In this document: positions 1-10,463 of the stretch, piece after piece
How the letters are laid out: every line of letters starts with the position of its first letter
Numbering within the stretch: position 1 is the stretch's first letter
Assembly (NCBI GenBank): GCA_963664395.2
Contig: OY761159.2
Coordinates: forward strand, 2,368,001-2,432,000
Origin: Candidatus Binatia bacterium
GTDB lineage: Bacteria > Desulfobacterota > Binatia > Bin18
DNA: 64,000 nucleotides
Direction: 5' to 3'
The notes under the pieces: generated by a model
The model's database searches: none
What the model saw: the letters and a program-made list of their open reading frames with translations, nothing else
Told to the model about the DNA's origin: nothing
Made by a program: the position numbers and the translations under genes

Positions 1-306
1 GACGGTCGCTACCGCTGGCACTGGGACCCGAATCTTATGAGCCCAGCCCGCTTTCGGCGCGACCCCGAACGGCTCATGGCGGCGGCCCGTGGGTTGCAGC
101 GAGTGCCAACGCTGCTGATCCGAGGAAAACTGAGCGATGTGATCAGTGACGAAACGACCCAGGAATTTCTCGATGCCGTGCCGCATGCCAAATATATAGA
201 CGTGTCTGATGCCGGCCATATGGTAGCCGGAGATAAAAACGATATCTTCAGCACAGCCGTGATCGAATTCCTGGCTGATATCAAGACGCAAGCGCCGGCA
301 GCTTAG
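1..306 (+). CDS. alpha/beta hydrolase, C-terminal part (5' end outside window)
   Basis: Frame open from base 1: DGRYRWHWDP...PTLLIRGKLSDV...AGHMVAGD, with the catalytic His motif of alpha/beta hydrolases. Confidence 0.85.
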   Translation, partial: DGRYRWHWDPNLMSPARFRRDPERLMAAARGLQRVPTLLIRGKLSDVISDETTQEFLDAVPHAKYIDVSDAGHMVAGDKNDIFSTAVIEFLADIKTQAPAA

Positions 307-330
307 GCAAATTGCGATTCTGTGTAGCCG

Positions 331-405
331 CCCGTCATTCCTGCGGAAGCAGGAATCTAGGCCCCCGCCGCCCGCTGGATGCCGGATCACGTCCGGCATG
401 ACGGG
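331..405. repeat. REP-like double-hairpin palindromic element
   Basis: Outer inverted repeat cccgtcat/atgacggg with two internal hairpins; 375-405 is the exact reverse complement of 24409-24439. Confidence 0.8.
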
Positions 406-535
406 AGCCCCCTGCACGAAACTCGTCGTTGGGTCGCATAAGTGCTTGCCGGAAAATCTTGGCTTTCGCAATGGAGCCAGCTAGGCTAGGAGCCTGCTCG
501 CCGCGCGATTTATTGTGGGACAAAAGGAGAGCCAT

Positions 536-958
536 ATGGAAAACAAGCCGGAAAAAACGGCGCTGCAAGACGATTACTCCTACCGGGCGGTTGATGCCTA
601 TAACACCCGGATGTACCTCCTTCCAGTCCTGGCCGACCCTCAGCGACGCGCGGCGCTCATTGCCGAGCATCGCGCCCGGCCGATTTACGCAGCCGCCCAG
701 CCCGGCAAGCCGGCACCCATGGACAGCCCGGACCTGGCCCGTTTGCTGGACCGCCTGCGGGTCGTACCGCAGCAGGACAAACACGTTATTGTCGAAACGC
801 GCCCCTGGGAGGAATATCGCATTGGTGTTCTGCCTGGAGTGCGGGGCAGGGCTGTTGAAATTACGGACGAAGCCTATCCGACTCGTGAAGACGCTGAGCA
901 TGCGATTTTCCTCAAACGCCTTGGCGCATTACTCGAAGCGTACGGAATTGAAGAGTAA
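536..958 (+). CDS. dmfA1: N,N-dimethylformamidase small (alpha) subunit-like protein
   Basis: AGGAGA RBS before ATG 536; LIAEHR..P, SPDLARLL and EDAEHAIFLKR motifs; directly upstream of the large subunit. Confidence 0.7.
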   Translation: MENKPEKTALQDDYSYRAVDAYNTRMYLLPVLADPQRRAALIAEHRARPIYAAAQPGKPAPMDSPDLARLLDRLRVVPQQDKHVIVETRPWEEYRIGVLPGVRGRAVEITDEAYPTREDAEHAIFLKRLGALLEAYGIEE

Positions 959-978
959 TCAGCCGAAGGAGATGATGC

Positions 979-3354
979 ATGACGACACTTGGTATCACAG
1001 GCTATAGCGACCGTATTTCTGTTCAGCCCGGACAGACGATTAAATTCCATGTCCACTCCGAACGCAGCGAATCCTACCGGGCCGATATCGTGCGGCTCAT
1101 CCATGGCGATACCAATCCTGACGGTCCCGGCTACAAAGAAGAAGAGATTGAGGCCGGGGTGAGTGGTGAATATCCGGGGCGTCATCAAGCCGTCCATGCC
1201 GGCTCGTATATTTGTGTTCCACACGATGCGCGGTTCGATATCAGCAGTTTTACCCTGATGGCACTGGTCTTTCCCACCACGCCAACCACAGGCGTACAGG
1301 GAATAGTCACGAAATGGTCCGGGCCGGATGAAACGGGCTATGGCCTGTTTATTGACAAGCAGGGTGAGCTGGCCGTGTGGATTGGCCGGGGGAAGGGCGT
1401 GGTCGAACAGGTTTCCTCGGGTAAACCGCTCTTCCGCAAGGTGTGGTATCTGGTGGCTGCGAGCTTTGATGCGGCCAGCGGTCACCTGACCCTGGTGCAA
1501 GAGCCGATTGTGACCAGCACCAATACGGGACACGGTATGCGCTTCATCCATCCCATCGAAGAAACCCGTGCCACCGTCGAGCTGCACGCCTCTCCCCAAG
1601 CACCCGCCGCGAATGACTGTCCGGTGCTGATTGCTGCGGCAACCACCCGGGCGCATTCAGGCCGGCGTATTTGTGGTGGGCACTTCAGTCATGTGCACTC
1701 ACCGATAGAGATTCCGGAACACGAAGCCAAGTTCAACGGACGGATAGAGCGCCCGGCTATTGCCAATCGTGTGCTTAACCGGGCGGAAATCGAACGCATC
1801 CTGCGAGGTCCCCGGCCCCTCCCCGCTGACCTGCGGCCGGCTGTTGTCGCGTCCTGGGACTTTGCGGCCAATATCGTTCCGAATGCCGCCTCAACCCAGG
1901 TGCTCGATGACTCCTTGCACCGCCTGCACGGTCACTGCATCAATATGCCGGCGCGCGGCATGCCCGGTCATAGCTGGACTGCGGACCATATGAGTTTTAC
2001 TGCCGCGCCGCAGGAGTACGGGGCGATTCATTTTCATGACGACGCCGTCGACGACGCACGCTGGGAGATTGATTTTGCGCTGACCATTCCCGAGAGCATG
2101 AAAAGCGGGGTGTATGCCGCTCGGTTGCGTTTGGGCGGCCTGGACACGCCCGGCAACGAAGACTACATCCCGTTCTTCGTGCGTCCTCCGGCGGGCAGAC
2201 CAAGCGCCCGGATTGCGGTTATTATTCCGACGGCCAGCTATATGGCCTATGCCAACGAAAATCTCAGCGCGGATTCGCAAGTCGCCCAGCTCCTGACCGG
2301 TCGCGTGCCACTCATGCAGCCTGGAGACCTCTTACTCCAGGAAAAGGACGGCTACGGCTATGGCACCTACACCGTCCATAGTGACGGCTGGGGGGTGCAA
2401 ATCTCGTCGCGGCTGCGGCCCATTCTCAATATGCGGCCCAAATACACGCACGTGCTGTCGCCGTCAGTCTGGCAACTGAACGCAGACCTGCATCTGACCG
2501 ACTGGCTTGAGGCCATGCAGTTTGACTTTGATGTGCATACGGATGAAGACCTGCAACGTGAAGGGGTCGAACTGCTCAAGCAATACCGCGTCGTGCTGAC
2601 CTGTCATCATCCCGAGTATTGCTCGGAAGAGATGCTGGACGCCTACGAAGCCTATCAGCAGCAAGGCGGACGCTGGCTCTACCTGGCGGCCAACGGTTTT
2701 TACTGGTGTACGGTGTTTCACCCCGATAATCCCGCTCTCATCGAAGTCCGTAAAGGCGACAATGGCACGCGCGCCTGGACCATCAACCCGGGGGAATACT
2801 GTAATGCCTTTGATGGAAAACACGGCGGTCTGTGGCGAGTCCGGGGCCGAAACATGAGTAAGCTGACCGGCGTGAGTTTTACCTCGTTCGGTCTGACAGC
2901 CTCCAGCTATTACCGCCGGGCTCCGGACAGTGTACGGCCGGAATGTGCCTGGATGTTTGAAGGCATAGGTGAAGACGAGCCGATTGGGAATTTCGGTCTG
3001 GTCGGCGGGGGAGCCGCCGGGCTGGAGCTCGACCGCTACGACCTGGAACTCGGCACCCCCCATAACGCCTTTCTGCTCGCCCACTCTGAGGGGCATAATG
3101 ATATTTTTGTGACGGTCTCAGAGGAATCGACGTTCAACGCACGGGGCTATTTTGCGGCCGGCGGCACCGGCGATCAGAATCCCTATATCCGGGCGGACAT
3201 CGTCTACTTCAAAACGCCAAATGACGGGGCGGTGTTCTCGGCCAGCTCCATGGCCTGGTGTGGGAGTCTCTCCCACAATAATTATGACAATAATGTGTCG
3301 CGTCTGACCGCAAATGTGATTCGCGGCTTTCTCCAAGACGGGCCGTTGCCGTAA
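979..3354 (+). CDS. dmfA2: N,N-dimethylformamidase large (beta) subunit
   Basis: GYSDRISVQPG, LIHGDTNPDGPG, YMAYAN, HHPEY, ANGFYW, GLELD and WCGSLSHN motifs; 791 aa. Confidence 0.9.
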   Translation: MTTLGITGYSDRISVQPGQTIKFHVHSERSESYRADIVRLIHGDTNPDGPGYKEEEIEAGVSGEYPGRHQAVHAGSYICVPHDARFDISSFTLMALVFPTTPTTGVQGIVTKWSGPDETGYGLFIDKQGELAVWIGRGKGVVEQVSSGKPLFRKVWYLVAASFDAASGHLTLVQEPIVTSTNTGHGMRFIHPIEETRATVELHASPQAPAANDCPVLIAAATTRAHSGRRICGGHFSHVHSPIEIPEHEAKFNGRIERPAIANRVLNRAEIERILRGPRPLPADLRPAVVASWDFAANIVPNAASTQVLDDSLHRLHGHCINMPARGMPGHSWTADHMSFTAAPQEYGAIHFHDDAVDDARWEIDFALTIPESMKSGVYAARLRLGGLDTPGNEDYIPFFVRPPAGRPSARIAVIIPTASYMAYANENLSADSQVAQLLTGRVPLMQPGDLLLQEKDGYGYGTYTVHSDGWGVQISSRLRPILNMRPKYTHVLSPSVWQLNADLHLTDWLEAMQFDFDVHTDEDLQREGVELLKQYRVVLTCHHPEYCSEEMLDAYEAYQQQGGRWLYLAANGFYWCTVFHPDNPALIEVRKGDNGTRAWTINPGEYCNAFDGKHGGLWRVRGRNMSKLTGVSFTSFGLTASSYYRRAPDSVRPECAWMFEGIGEDEPIGNFGLVGGGAAGLELDRYDLELGTPHNAFLLAHSEGHNDIFVTVSEESTFNARGYFAAGGTGDQNPYIRADIVYFKTPNDGAVFSASSMAWCGSLSHNNYDNNVSRLTANVIRGFLQDGPLP

Positions 3355-3503
3355 GTTCGAGGGATAGCTTCAGAGCGGACAGCGGGATGGTAGAGCAACC
3401 GATAGGGTGGAGCGGTATCAGTCATCCCAGGCCGCTGTTTCCTGAGTGGTTGCAGTAGTGCATCACTTGTGGAGAACCATACTCAAGAAGCGGAAATCCT
3501 CAG

Positions 3504-4094
3504 ATGGCAACACGGACGAAACCGCTAAAACGCTGCGCCTGGGCCAAAAACGAACTGGCGATTCAGTACCATGACGAGGAATGGGGCATGCCGGTGCACG
3601 ACGACCGGACGCTGTTCGAGTTTCTCATCCTCGAAGGGGCGCAGGCTGGCTTGAGTTGGGACACCATTCTCAAGAAGCGCGCCCACTATCGGACCGTCTT
3701 TGATCACTTCGACCCCGTGCGGGTCGCCGGCTACACCCCGCGCAAAGTTGAGCGGCTGCTGGCCGACCCCGGCATCGTGCGAAACCGGCTGAAGGTCGAG
3801 TCCGCCATAAAGAACGCCAAGGCGTTTCTGGAGGTCCAAAAAGAAGAGGGGAGTTTTGACGCCTATATCTGGCAGTTTATTGATGGTCAGCCGCGCCGGA
3901 ATACGTGGCGTTCACTTCAAGAGGTCCCGGCGCACACCGCGCAGTCGGACGCGATGAGCAAAGCCCTGAAAAAACGCGGCTTCTCGTTTGTGGGATCAAC
4001 AATTTGTTATGCGTTCATGCAGGCCACCGGCATGCTCAACGATCACACCACGGACTGTTTTCGGTATGGGGAGGTCTTTCCCCTCTCCCCTTGA
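3504..4094 (+). CDS. tag: DNA-3-methyladenine glycosylase I
   Basis: RCAW, YHDEEWG, LEGAQAGLSW, GIVRNRLK and NDHTTDC motifs. Confidence 0.95.
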   Translation: MATRTKPLKRCAWAKNELAIQYHDEEWGMPVHDDRTLFEFLILEGAQAGLSWDTILKKRAHYRTVFDHFDPVRVAGYTPRKVERLLADPGIVRNRLKVESAIKNAKAFLEVQKEEGSFDAYIWQFIDGQPRRNTWRSLQEVPAHTAQSDAMSKALKKRGFSFVGSTICYAFMQATGMLNDHTTDCFRYGEVFPLSP

Positions 4095-4117
4095 GGGAGA
4101 GGGCCAGGGTGAGGGGG
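4081..4117. repeat. REP-like hairpin (ccctctccc...gggagaggg...gggtgaggg family) between convergent genes
   Basis: Visible inverted repeat; a related copy lies at 37029-37087. Confidence 0.7.
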
Positions 4118-4127
4118 TTCTTTCCTC

Positions 4128-5138
4128 TTAGCCCGTAATGACGATCTTGCCAAAATGCGTGGCGCTTTCCATGAGTTTCAGGGCTTCCTGAGCTTCCTCA
4201 AACGGATACACCTGATCAATCACCGGCTTGATCTGATTCACGGCCATGGCCGTATTCATATCTTCAAACATTACGCGTGAGCCAACATAGACACCTTGGA
4301 GTCGCAGGCTCTTCATCAGTACCGGAATAGGATTCACCTCACCATCTGTGCCGGCCAGAATACCGATCAAGCCAATAAAGCCGCCGACCCGCGCGGCCTC
4401 CATCGATTGCACCAGCGTCCCGGCCCCGGCCACTTCGACCACCTGATCGACCCCGATACCATCGGTGAGTTCCAACACCTTTTTGCCCCACTCTTGTGTG
4501 GTCCTGTAATTAATAATTTCGGATGCACCGAGCTGTGTGGCGCGTGCGAGTTTTTCGTCACTGCTCGATGTAATAATCGTGCGCACCCCGGCGGCTTTGG
4601 CAAACTGAAGGGCGAAGATCGAGACGCCACCGGTTCCCAGAATCAATATCGTGTCACCGGCTTTCATATTGCCCAGCGTGACCATGCTCTGCCAGGCGGT
4701 AACTGCGGCGCAGGGCAGGGCGGCGGCGTCTTCATACGTCATATAATCGGGGATTTTCACGACGCCGTCTTCGTGCAAGACGACCAGTTCGGCCCACATG
4801 CCGTCCAGGGCTCCGCCGAGCGCCGAGGCCCCATGGGCCGCGTCCGGCCCACCGGCCAGCCAGTTCTGAAAGAAAATACCGGCGACTCGGTCGCCCGGTT
4901 TGACCCGCGTTACACCTTCGCCAGTGGCAACCACCTCGCCCGCGCCATCGGACAACGGAATGAGGGGAAGATTCAGCCCTCGCATCCCGCCGTGTTTGAC
5001 TGTCATGAGGTCACGATAATTGAGTGAAGTCGCTTTGACCCGAATAGCAATCTGACCGTGACCGGGCTGCGGGTCGGACTGGTCGGTCAGGGTTAAATTT
5101 TCAATGCCGAATTCCTGATTGATTTGCCATGCACGCAT
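4128..5138 (-). CDS. NAD(P)-dependent medium-chain dehydrogenase/reductase (zinc-type ADH-like / quinone reductase)
   Basis: SLNYRD, PLSDGAGEV, GTGGVS and HFGKIVI motifs. Confidence 0.9.
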   Translation of the reverse strand: MRAWQINQEFGIENLTLTDQSDPQPGHGQIAIRVKATSLNYRDLMTVKHGGMRGLNLPLIPLSDGAGEVVATGEGVTRVKPGDRVAGIFFQNWLAGGPDAAHGASALGGALDGMWAELVVLHEDGVVKIPDYMTYEDAAALPCAAVTAWQSMVTLGNMKAGDTILILGTGGVSIFALQFAKAAGVRTIITSSSDEKLARATQLGASEIINYRTTQEWGKKVLELTDGIGVDQVVEVAGAGTLVQSMEAARVGGFIGLIGILAGTDGEVNPIPVLMKSLRLQGVYVGSRVMFEDMNTAMAVNQIKPVIDQVYPFEEAQEALKLMESATHFGKIVITG

Positions 5139-5161
5139 GTCAGTAACTCCTTATTTATATT

Positions 5162-6178
5162 TTATGCGGAAAACGCCTTGACTATCGAGCGCCAGCGAGC
5201 ATCGTTTACGCCCGGACGGTCGGGATGATAGAAGGCCACCCGGTCGAGCAAGCCGTCGTATTTTTCTTTGAGCATGGCCGGGACTTCAGCCGGGGAGCCG
5301 GTCACCGCGTACTCGTCCAGCATCTCATCGGTCACGTCGTTGGCCATGGCCTGCCATTCGCCCTTGGCCGCTTTGGCGTTCAGGCTGAGACAGGCGTCGC
5401 CCCAGCCGTGGACGTCCAGCACCGGTTTATACGTTCGGGTCGAGGCATAGAACGCAATCTGCATGCGCACCTTTTCGCGCATGGTATCCATTTCTTTTTG
5501 CGTGTCGCCCATAATCACAAAAGACGAGCTTGCGACCACAAGGTCTTGTCGGCTGCGACCGGATTTCCGCGCCCCCTCTTCAATCTGGGGAATCACCCGT
5601 TCGCGCAGAAATTTCGCGGAATGAAACGGGTGAGCGTGAAAGCCGTCGCACAGCTCGCCCGCCAAACGGCACATATACGGGTTGACCCCGGCAATATAGA
5701 TGGGAATCTGCGGATGGTCGATTTTTTCTGGCGAAAAGGCCGGGGTCATGAGCGTATGCTGATAAAACTCGCCCTGAAAGTCCAACGGCGTACCGTTTTG
5801 CCAGCAGTCCCAAATCGCCCGCAGGGCCAGAACAATCTCGCGCACCTTCGGCCCCGGCGATTCCCACTTTACACTATACCGACGTTGGTTATGGCCTTTG
5901 ACTTGGGTGCCGAGTCCCAGCACGAAGCGCCCGTTTGAGGCGCGTTGCAGGTCCCAGGCCGTATAGGCCAGCGACATCGGACTGCGCGGAAACGCCAGGG
6001 CAATCGCCGTGCCGAGTGTGAGCCTGGTGGTTGTAGTCGCCGAGACGGCGAGCGAAAGAAAGGGGTCGTGCTGGTTCTCCATGCTCCACGCCCCGTCAAA
6101 ACCCATGTCCTCGGCAGTGCGCGCAATCGTAATCGCTTCGTCGAGTGAGCGGGCCGTCAGTAAGCTGTCGAGTTTCAT
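5162..6178 (-). CDS. LLM-class probable F420-dependent oxidoreductase (MSMEG_2256-like)
   Basis: HDPF, AFPRSPM, GRFVLGLGTQVKGH and FYASTRTY motifs. Confidence 0.85.
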   Translation of the reverse strand: MKLDSLLTARSLDEAITIARTAEDMGFDGAWSMENQHDPFLSLAVSATTTTRLTLGTAIALAFPRSPMSLAYTAWDLQRASNGRFVLGLGTQVKGHNQRRYSVKWESPGPKVREIVLALRAIWDCWQNGTPLDFQGEFYQHTLMTPAFSPEKIDHPQIPIYIAGVNPYMCRLAGELCDGFHAHPFHSAKFLRERVIPQIEEGARKSGRSRQDLVVASSSFVIMGDTQKEMDTMREKVRMQIAFYASTRTYKPVLDVHGWGDACLSLNAKAAKGEWQAMANDVTDEMLDEYAVTGSPAEVPAMLKEKYDGLLDRVAFYHPDRPGVNDARWRSIVKAFSA

Positions 6179-6304
6179 ATGTATCCTTCTCCGTTTCGTG
6201 GCGGGATCGTCTGCGTGACCAGGTCGTAGCGGATCGGACGTTGCAGCCGCGTTCTTATCAGTTACCCGCCGGATGTCCAGAGTAGGTCTCCGCGGCCGCG
6301 ATTC

Positions 6305-7159
6305 TTAATGGGGACTGGGGGGACTGAAAGACGGGCGCGCGAAACGTCGGTCGAGTTCCTGCTTCGCCTGTTTTCTGAGCTGGATGCAATTTCCATAGCG
6401 CCAACCGGCCCTGAGCCAACTCCACACGCCCCCTTGCTGAAAAGGGTTCATGGCTTGGGCAAATCCCAGCACGCCGGATTGCGGCTTTTCGATTTGCAGC
6501 AAGGCCGGGAGATTTTCCAGCACCGGCCCTTCGAGCGTCACACGGGCGCCGGTTCTTGTGTTTTCCAACACCAGATTGAGCGCATAGTCCCCTTCCAGCC
6601 CTGGGATATCCTTCCCGTACAGGCGCAACTCGGGAGGGTGGCGGTGTTCTTTGTCCGCCTGCGGGTCGCGCTCCTCCGGTTCCACGAACCGCACCCAGTC
6701 CAGCTCTCCGGTGGTGGACAGCCGATACTCCTTCTCTCCGCCCTGATCGGACGCGACATGGACGTAGCGGGTGAGAACCGGTCCGGTGATTGCCTGCTGC
6801 GTCTTCACGGCGACCAACTGCAAAGCCAGTCCGAACGGGTCGCCGTACCACTCGGACGGAAGCGCCAGCCGCTTCTTCTCAATGAGAAGAGAAATGCCAT
6901 TCGGCCCGGGTGGCCCGGCGATCCAGCCCACATGTACGTTGGCCAGCACGAGCGCTTCGTACCGGTCATCCGGCGAACGTTTCTCGAAGAAGGCGTATGC
7001 CTGCCGATACGCGCCGTAGCCGTGGCCGAGTTCGGAGCAGAGATGATCAAAACGCAGTGGGTGATCCCGGTCGAAGACCGCCGGCCCCACATATTGCTGG
7101 CCCAAAGCGATACTTGCAGACAATATGAACAAAGCCGTGATGGTAATAATCTTGGGCAT
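6305..7159 (-). CDS. hypothetical secreted protein
   Basis: Likely start MPKIITITALFILSASIALG (signal-peptide-like); 284 aa; no family recognised. Confidence 0.55.
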   Translation of the reverse strand: MPKIITITALFILSASIALGQQYVGPAVFDRDHPLRFDHLCSELGHGYGAYRQAYAFFEKRSPDDRYEALVLANVHVGWIAGPPGPNGISLLIEKKRLALPSEWYGDPFGLALQLVAVKTQQAITGPVLTRYVHVASDQGGEKEYRLSTTGELDWVRFVEPEERDPQADKEHRHPPELRLYGKDIPGLEGDYALNLVLENTRTGARVTLEGPVLENLPALLQIEKPQSGVLGFAQAMNPFQQGGVWSWLRAGWRYGNCIQLRKQAKQELDRRFARPSFSPPSPH

Positions 7160-7269
7160 AGTGTGCGGCGGGCAGGGTGCGAACCCTACGCTTGAATTTT
7201 CCAGGTCTGTATCTATTTGTACAGGCGTTCGGACTGGAACTGAACCCACTTTCTGCGAGAAATCAACGT

Positions 7270-8514
7270 CTAGGGTTTTGCCAGTCTCTCTCCCTCTAAG
7301 GAATCGACTCGGCGTAACTGCGGAAAGATGCGGACCCATAGACCAACAACGGCCAGGGTGCCGAGTCCGCCCAGCACCACTGCGGGCACAACCCCAAGCC
7401 AGGCCGCGGTGACGCCAGACTCAAATTCTCCGAGTTCGTTTGACGCGCCAATAAAGACCGACTCGACCGCACTGACCCGGCCGCGCATCTCGTCCGGCGT
7501 TTTCACTAACACCAGGACCCGCCGAATGACGACGCTGATCATGTCTGACGCGCCCAGGATCGTCAGGACCAGCAGCGACAGCCAGAGATTGTGAGACAGC
7601 CCAAAGACGACGATGGACAGCCCGAAGACCCCGACCGCCCACAGAAGAATCGCGCCCGCATGCCGCTGAATGGGCCGGCGGGCGATGAGCAGCGCCATGA
7701 CCAGCGCCCCAACTGCCGGAGCGCTTCTCAGCAGCCCGAGCCCCCAGGGACCAACATGCAGAATATCCCGCGCATAGACCGGCAGCAGGGCGGTTGCTCC
7801 GCCCAACAGGACGGCAAACAGGTCGAGTGATACGGCACCCAGGACAACCGGCTGGCCCCGGATAAAAGAAATTCCAGCCACAACAGACTCCCAGGTGGCC
7901 GCCTTCTGCTCTCTCTCACGTTGCTCAATACGGATGGTGCTCACTAAAAAAACGGAAAGAAGAAACATCAGGATACAGCACCCATACACCGTCTCCGGTC
8001 CAATGGCGTAGAGCAGCCCGCCGATGGCCGGGCCGACAATGGTCGCGACCTGCCAGGCGGACGAGCTCCAGGCCGCGGCATTGGTAAAGAGGCGCGGTGG
8101 CACGAGATTGGGCATCAGGGCGACAGAGGCCGGAAACTCAAAGGCGCGCGCCGTCCCGAACAGGACGAGTACGCCAAAGAGGAAGAGCGTATTTGTTCCG
8201 CCTTGCAGCGTAAACGTCAAAAAGAGCACGGCGCACAGCGCCTCAACAATAATGCACAGCGCCATCACGGTTCGTCGGTCATACCGATCAGCGACGTGAC
8301 CGGTAATCAGCGCCAGGCCGAGCGATGGGAGAAATTGCGCCAGGCCGACCAGGCCGAGGTCGAGCGGCCTGCGCGTCAGATCATAGACCTGCCAGCCAAT
8401 GGCCACCGCCTGCATTTGAATGGCCAGGGTGACACACAGCCGGGCGCTCCAATAGCGTTGGAAGCTGGGGTAGGTAAAGGTAGATTCTGAAGGATAGGCT
8501 GTCCGTTGTTCCAA
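7270..8514 (-). CDS. MFS transporter
   Basis: Many hydrophobic segments; GHVADRYDRR motif A; MRGRVSAV and SNELGEFESG. Confidence 0.9.
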   Translation of the reverse strand: MEQRTAYPSESTFTYPSFQRYWSARLCVTLAIQMQAVAIGWQVYDLTRRPLDLGLVGLAQFLPSLGLALITGHVADRYDRRTVMALCIIVEALCAVLFLTFTLQGGTNTLFLFGVLVLFGTARAFEFPASVALMPNLVPPRLFTNAAAWSSSAWQVATIVGPAIGGLLYAIGPETVYGCCILMFLLSVFLVSTIRIEQREREQKAATWESVVAGISFIRGQPVVLGAVSLDLFAVLLGGATALLPVYARDILHVGPWGLGLLRSAPAVGALVMALLIARRPIQRHAGAILLWAVGVFGLSIVVFGLSHNLWLSLLVLTILGASDMISVVIRRVLVLVKTPDEMRGRVSAVESVFIGASNELGEFESGVTAAWLGVVPAVVLGGLGTLAVVGLWVRIFPQLRRVDSLEGERLAKP

Positions 8515-8740
8515 AAAATCCGCCTGTCCTCAATATACGGTAAACTCCATAGCGGTTGCACTCGGTCTCGAAAAAAGAGGAGTGTAGACACGAACGGAGA
8601 GAGCGTCAATGAAGCCGGCGCTTGGCGACTGGACTCGCTCAGGGCATAGTAACAAGCATGTTTCAGAAAAGAATAAACGCGCCCTCCAAACAGACAAAGC
8701 TGTTGGCGTGTTTATTCTTTTAACCGGAAGAGGGGATTCC

Positions 8741-9526
8741 ATGTCAGAACCAGTCCTAGTGGTTGAGAAAATCGATGGTCTCGCAACCCTGACCTTAAAC
8801 CGCCCAAAGGCGATGAATGCCTTGTCTCGTGCACTCCGGCTCGAAATTGTCAGAGCCTTTGAGTCGTTGCAAAGCGACTCGGATACCCATGTCGTTATTT
8901 TGACCGGAGCCGGTCGGGCGTTCTGTGCGGGCATGGACCTCAAAGAGCTGAGCCGGACGAGTGCACCCTTAAAAGAACCGGAACCGACAACGGGCAGTAT
9001 GGATGTGGTTCGGGTCATGGAAGCGTTTGACCGGCCCATTATTGGTGCAATCAACGGCTTTGCCATTACTGGTGGATTTGAGTTGGCCCTGGCCTGCGAT
9101 GTGTTGATTGCGTCCAGCGACGCGCGTTTTGCCGATACGCATGCCCGAATGGGGGTGATGCCGGGTTGGGGCCTGAGTCAAAAACTCTCGCGGGTGATTG
9201 GTATTTACCGCGCGCGGGAGTTGTCTCTGACCGGAAACTATCTGTCCGCAGAACAAGCTGAAGCGTGGGGACTGGTGAACCGGGTTGTTGCGCCCGACGA
9301 ATTGCTGCCTCACTGTCAAGCCTTGGCAAAAGATATGCTGTCGTGTCTGCCCGAAATGCTGCGCAACATGAAGCGCGTGATTAACGAAGGCTACGCCCGG
9401 ACGCTCAACGACGGGCTCCAACTCGAATCAACCGCCTGGCGTGAACAGGTCCGTGGAGTCACTCCAGAGGCGATTGCCACCAGGGTAGAGGGGGTGAAAC
9501 AGCGGGGCCGGACGCAGACAGGGTAG
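8741..9526 (+). CDS. enoyl-CoA hydratase/isomerase family protein
   Basis: TLNRP, FCAGMDL, GGFELALACD and FADTHAR motifs; RBS before ATG 8741. Confidence 0.92.
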   Translation: MSEPVLVVEKIDGLATLTLNRPKAMNALSRALRLEIVRAFESLQSDSDTHVVILTGAGRAFCAGMDLKELSRTSAPLKEPEPTTGSMDVVRVMEAFDRPIIGAINGFAITGGFELALACDVLIASSDARFADTHARMGVMPGWGLSQKLSRVIGIYRARELSLTGNYLSAEQAEAWGLVNRVVAPDELLPHCQALAKDMLSCLPEMLRNMKRVINEGYARTLNDGLQLESTAWREQVRGVTPEAIATRVEGVKQRGRTQTG

Positions 9527-9533
9527 ATACGCC

Positions 9534-9555
9534 GGGCGGACACGGGGGTCCGCCC
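9534..9555. repeat. GC-rich hairpin (gggcggac-N6-gtccgccc), REP-like or bidirectional terminator
   Basis: Perfect 8-bp inverted repeat between convergent genes. Confidence 0.55.
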
Positions 9556-9561
9556 CTGCAG

Positions 9562-10437
9562 CTAGACCCGCCCAATAACCGTGTCCCCAATCTCTTTGAC
9601 GTAATCCGTAATTTCCGTCTCAGTGGCGTTGAGTGTGAACAGTGCGTCACCTTTGGGCGGGAAGAGTGAAATCAAACGATCGACGCCCAGGTCGGCAAAA
9701 CGTTTGGCCGCGTCGAGATTGATCCGTCCAACTGGAGTGACGCTGATTTCCAGCTTGCCCAGTCCGCTCGGTCGGTCGTTTTGCTCCTGTGCGGCCCTCA
9801 GGCCATCAAGGCATTTTTTGGTTCCATCGACATCGAGGGCAAAGCCGTACCAGCCGTCGCCATGCGTCACGGACCGCTGGAACGCCTGGGGTGTCATGCC
9901 GCCAAAAACAACCGGCGGGCCGGGCTGTTGGACCGGCTTGGGGAATGCCTTGACTCCACTAAAAGAGGCAAACTGTCCTTGGTAGGATGGATTGTCCTGA
10001 CTCCAAATTGCCCGCATGGCCTCAACGTAATCGAGCGTGCGCGGTCCTTTATGACTGAACGGGGCTCCGAGGGCGTCAAATTCCGGCCTGAGATAGCCAA
10101 TGCCGACGCCAAAGATCAGACGTCCATTTGACAGGACATCCAGGCTGGCCATCTCTTTTGCCAGCACCAGCGGATTACGCTGCGGCAGGATAATAATGCC
10201 GGTTCCCATGCGGATGGTTTTGGTCTGACCGGCCAGAAAGGCAAAGGAAATATTGGGGTCGAGCATGGGATAGGTTGGCGGCAAGGGCGAAGGCGGCTGC
10301 TGTGGGTCCGGCAACACAACATGCTCGCCCGCCCAGACGGATTCAAACCCCGCAGCCTCGGCTGCCTGCGCTATCCGTGCTGATGCGTCCGGCGTACTGC
10401 ACGGTCCCATATTGATACCAAAGAGTCCGAGTTTCAT
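9562..10437 (-). CDS. LLM-class probable F420-dependent oxidoreductase (Rv2161c-like)
   Basis: GFESVWAGEH, RNPLVLAK, LDVLSNGR and PKPVQ motifs. Confidence 0.88.
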   Translation of the reverse strand: MKLGLFGINMGPCSTPDASARIAQAAEAAGFESVWAGEHVVLPDPQQPPSPLPPTYPMLDPNISFAFLAGQTKTIRMGTGIIILPQRNPLVLAKEMASLDVLSNGRLIFGVGIGYLRPEFDALGAPFSHKGPRTLDYVEAMRAIWSQDNPSYQGQFASFSGVKAFPKPVQQPGPPVVFGGMTPQAFQRSVTHGDGWYGFALDVDGTKKCLDGLRAAQEQNDRPSGLGKLEISVTPVGRINLDAAKRFADLGVDRLISLFPPKGDALFTLNATETEITDYVKEIGDTVIGRV

Positions 10438-10463
10438 GTCTTCCCTCCTTAGACCACGCCGCG

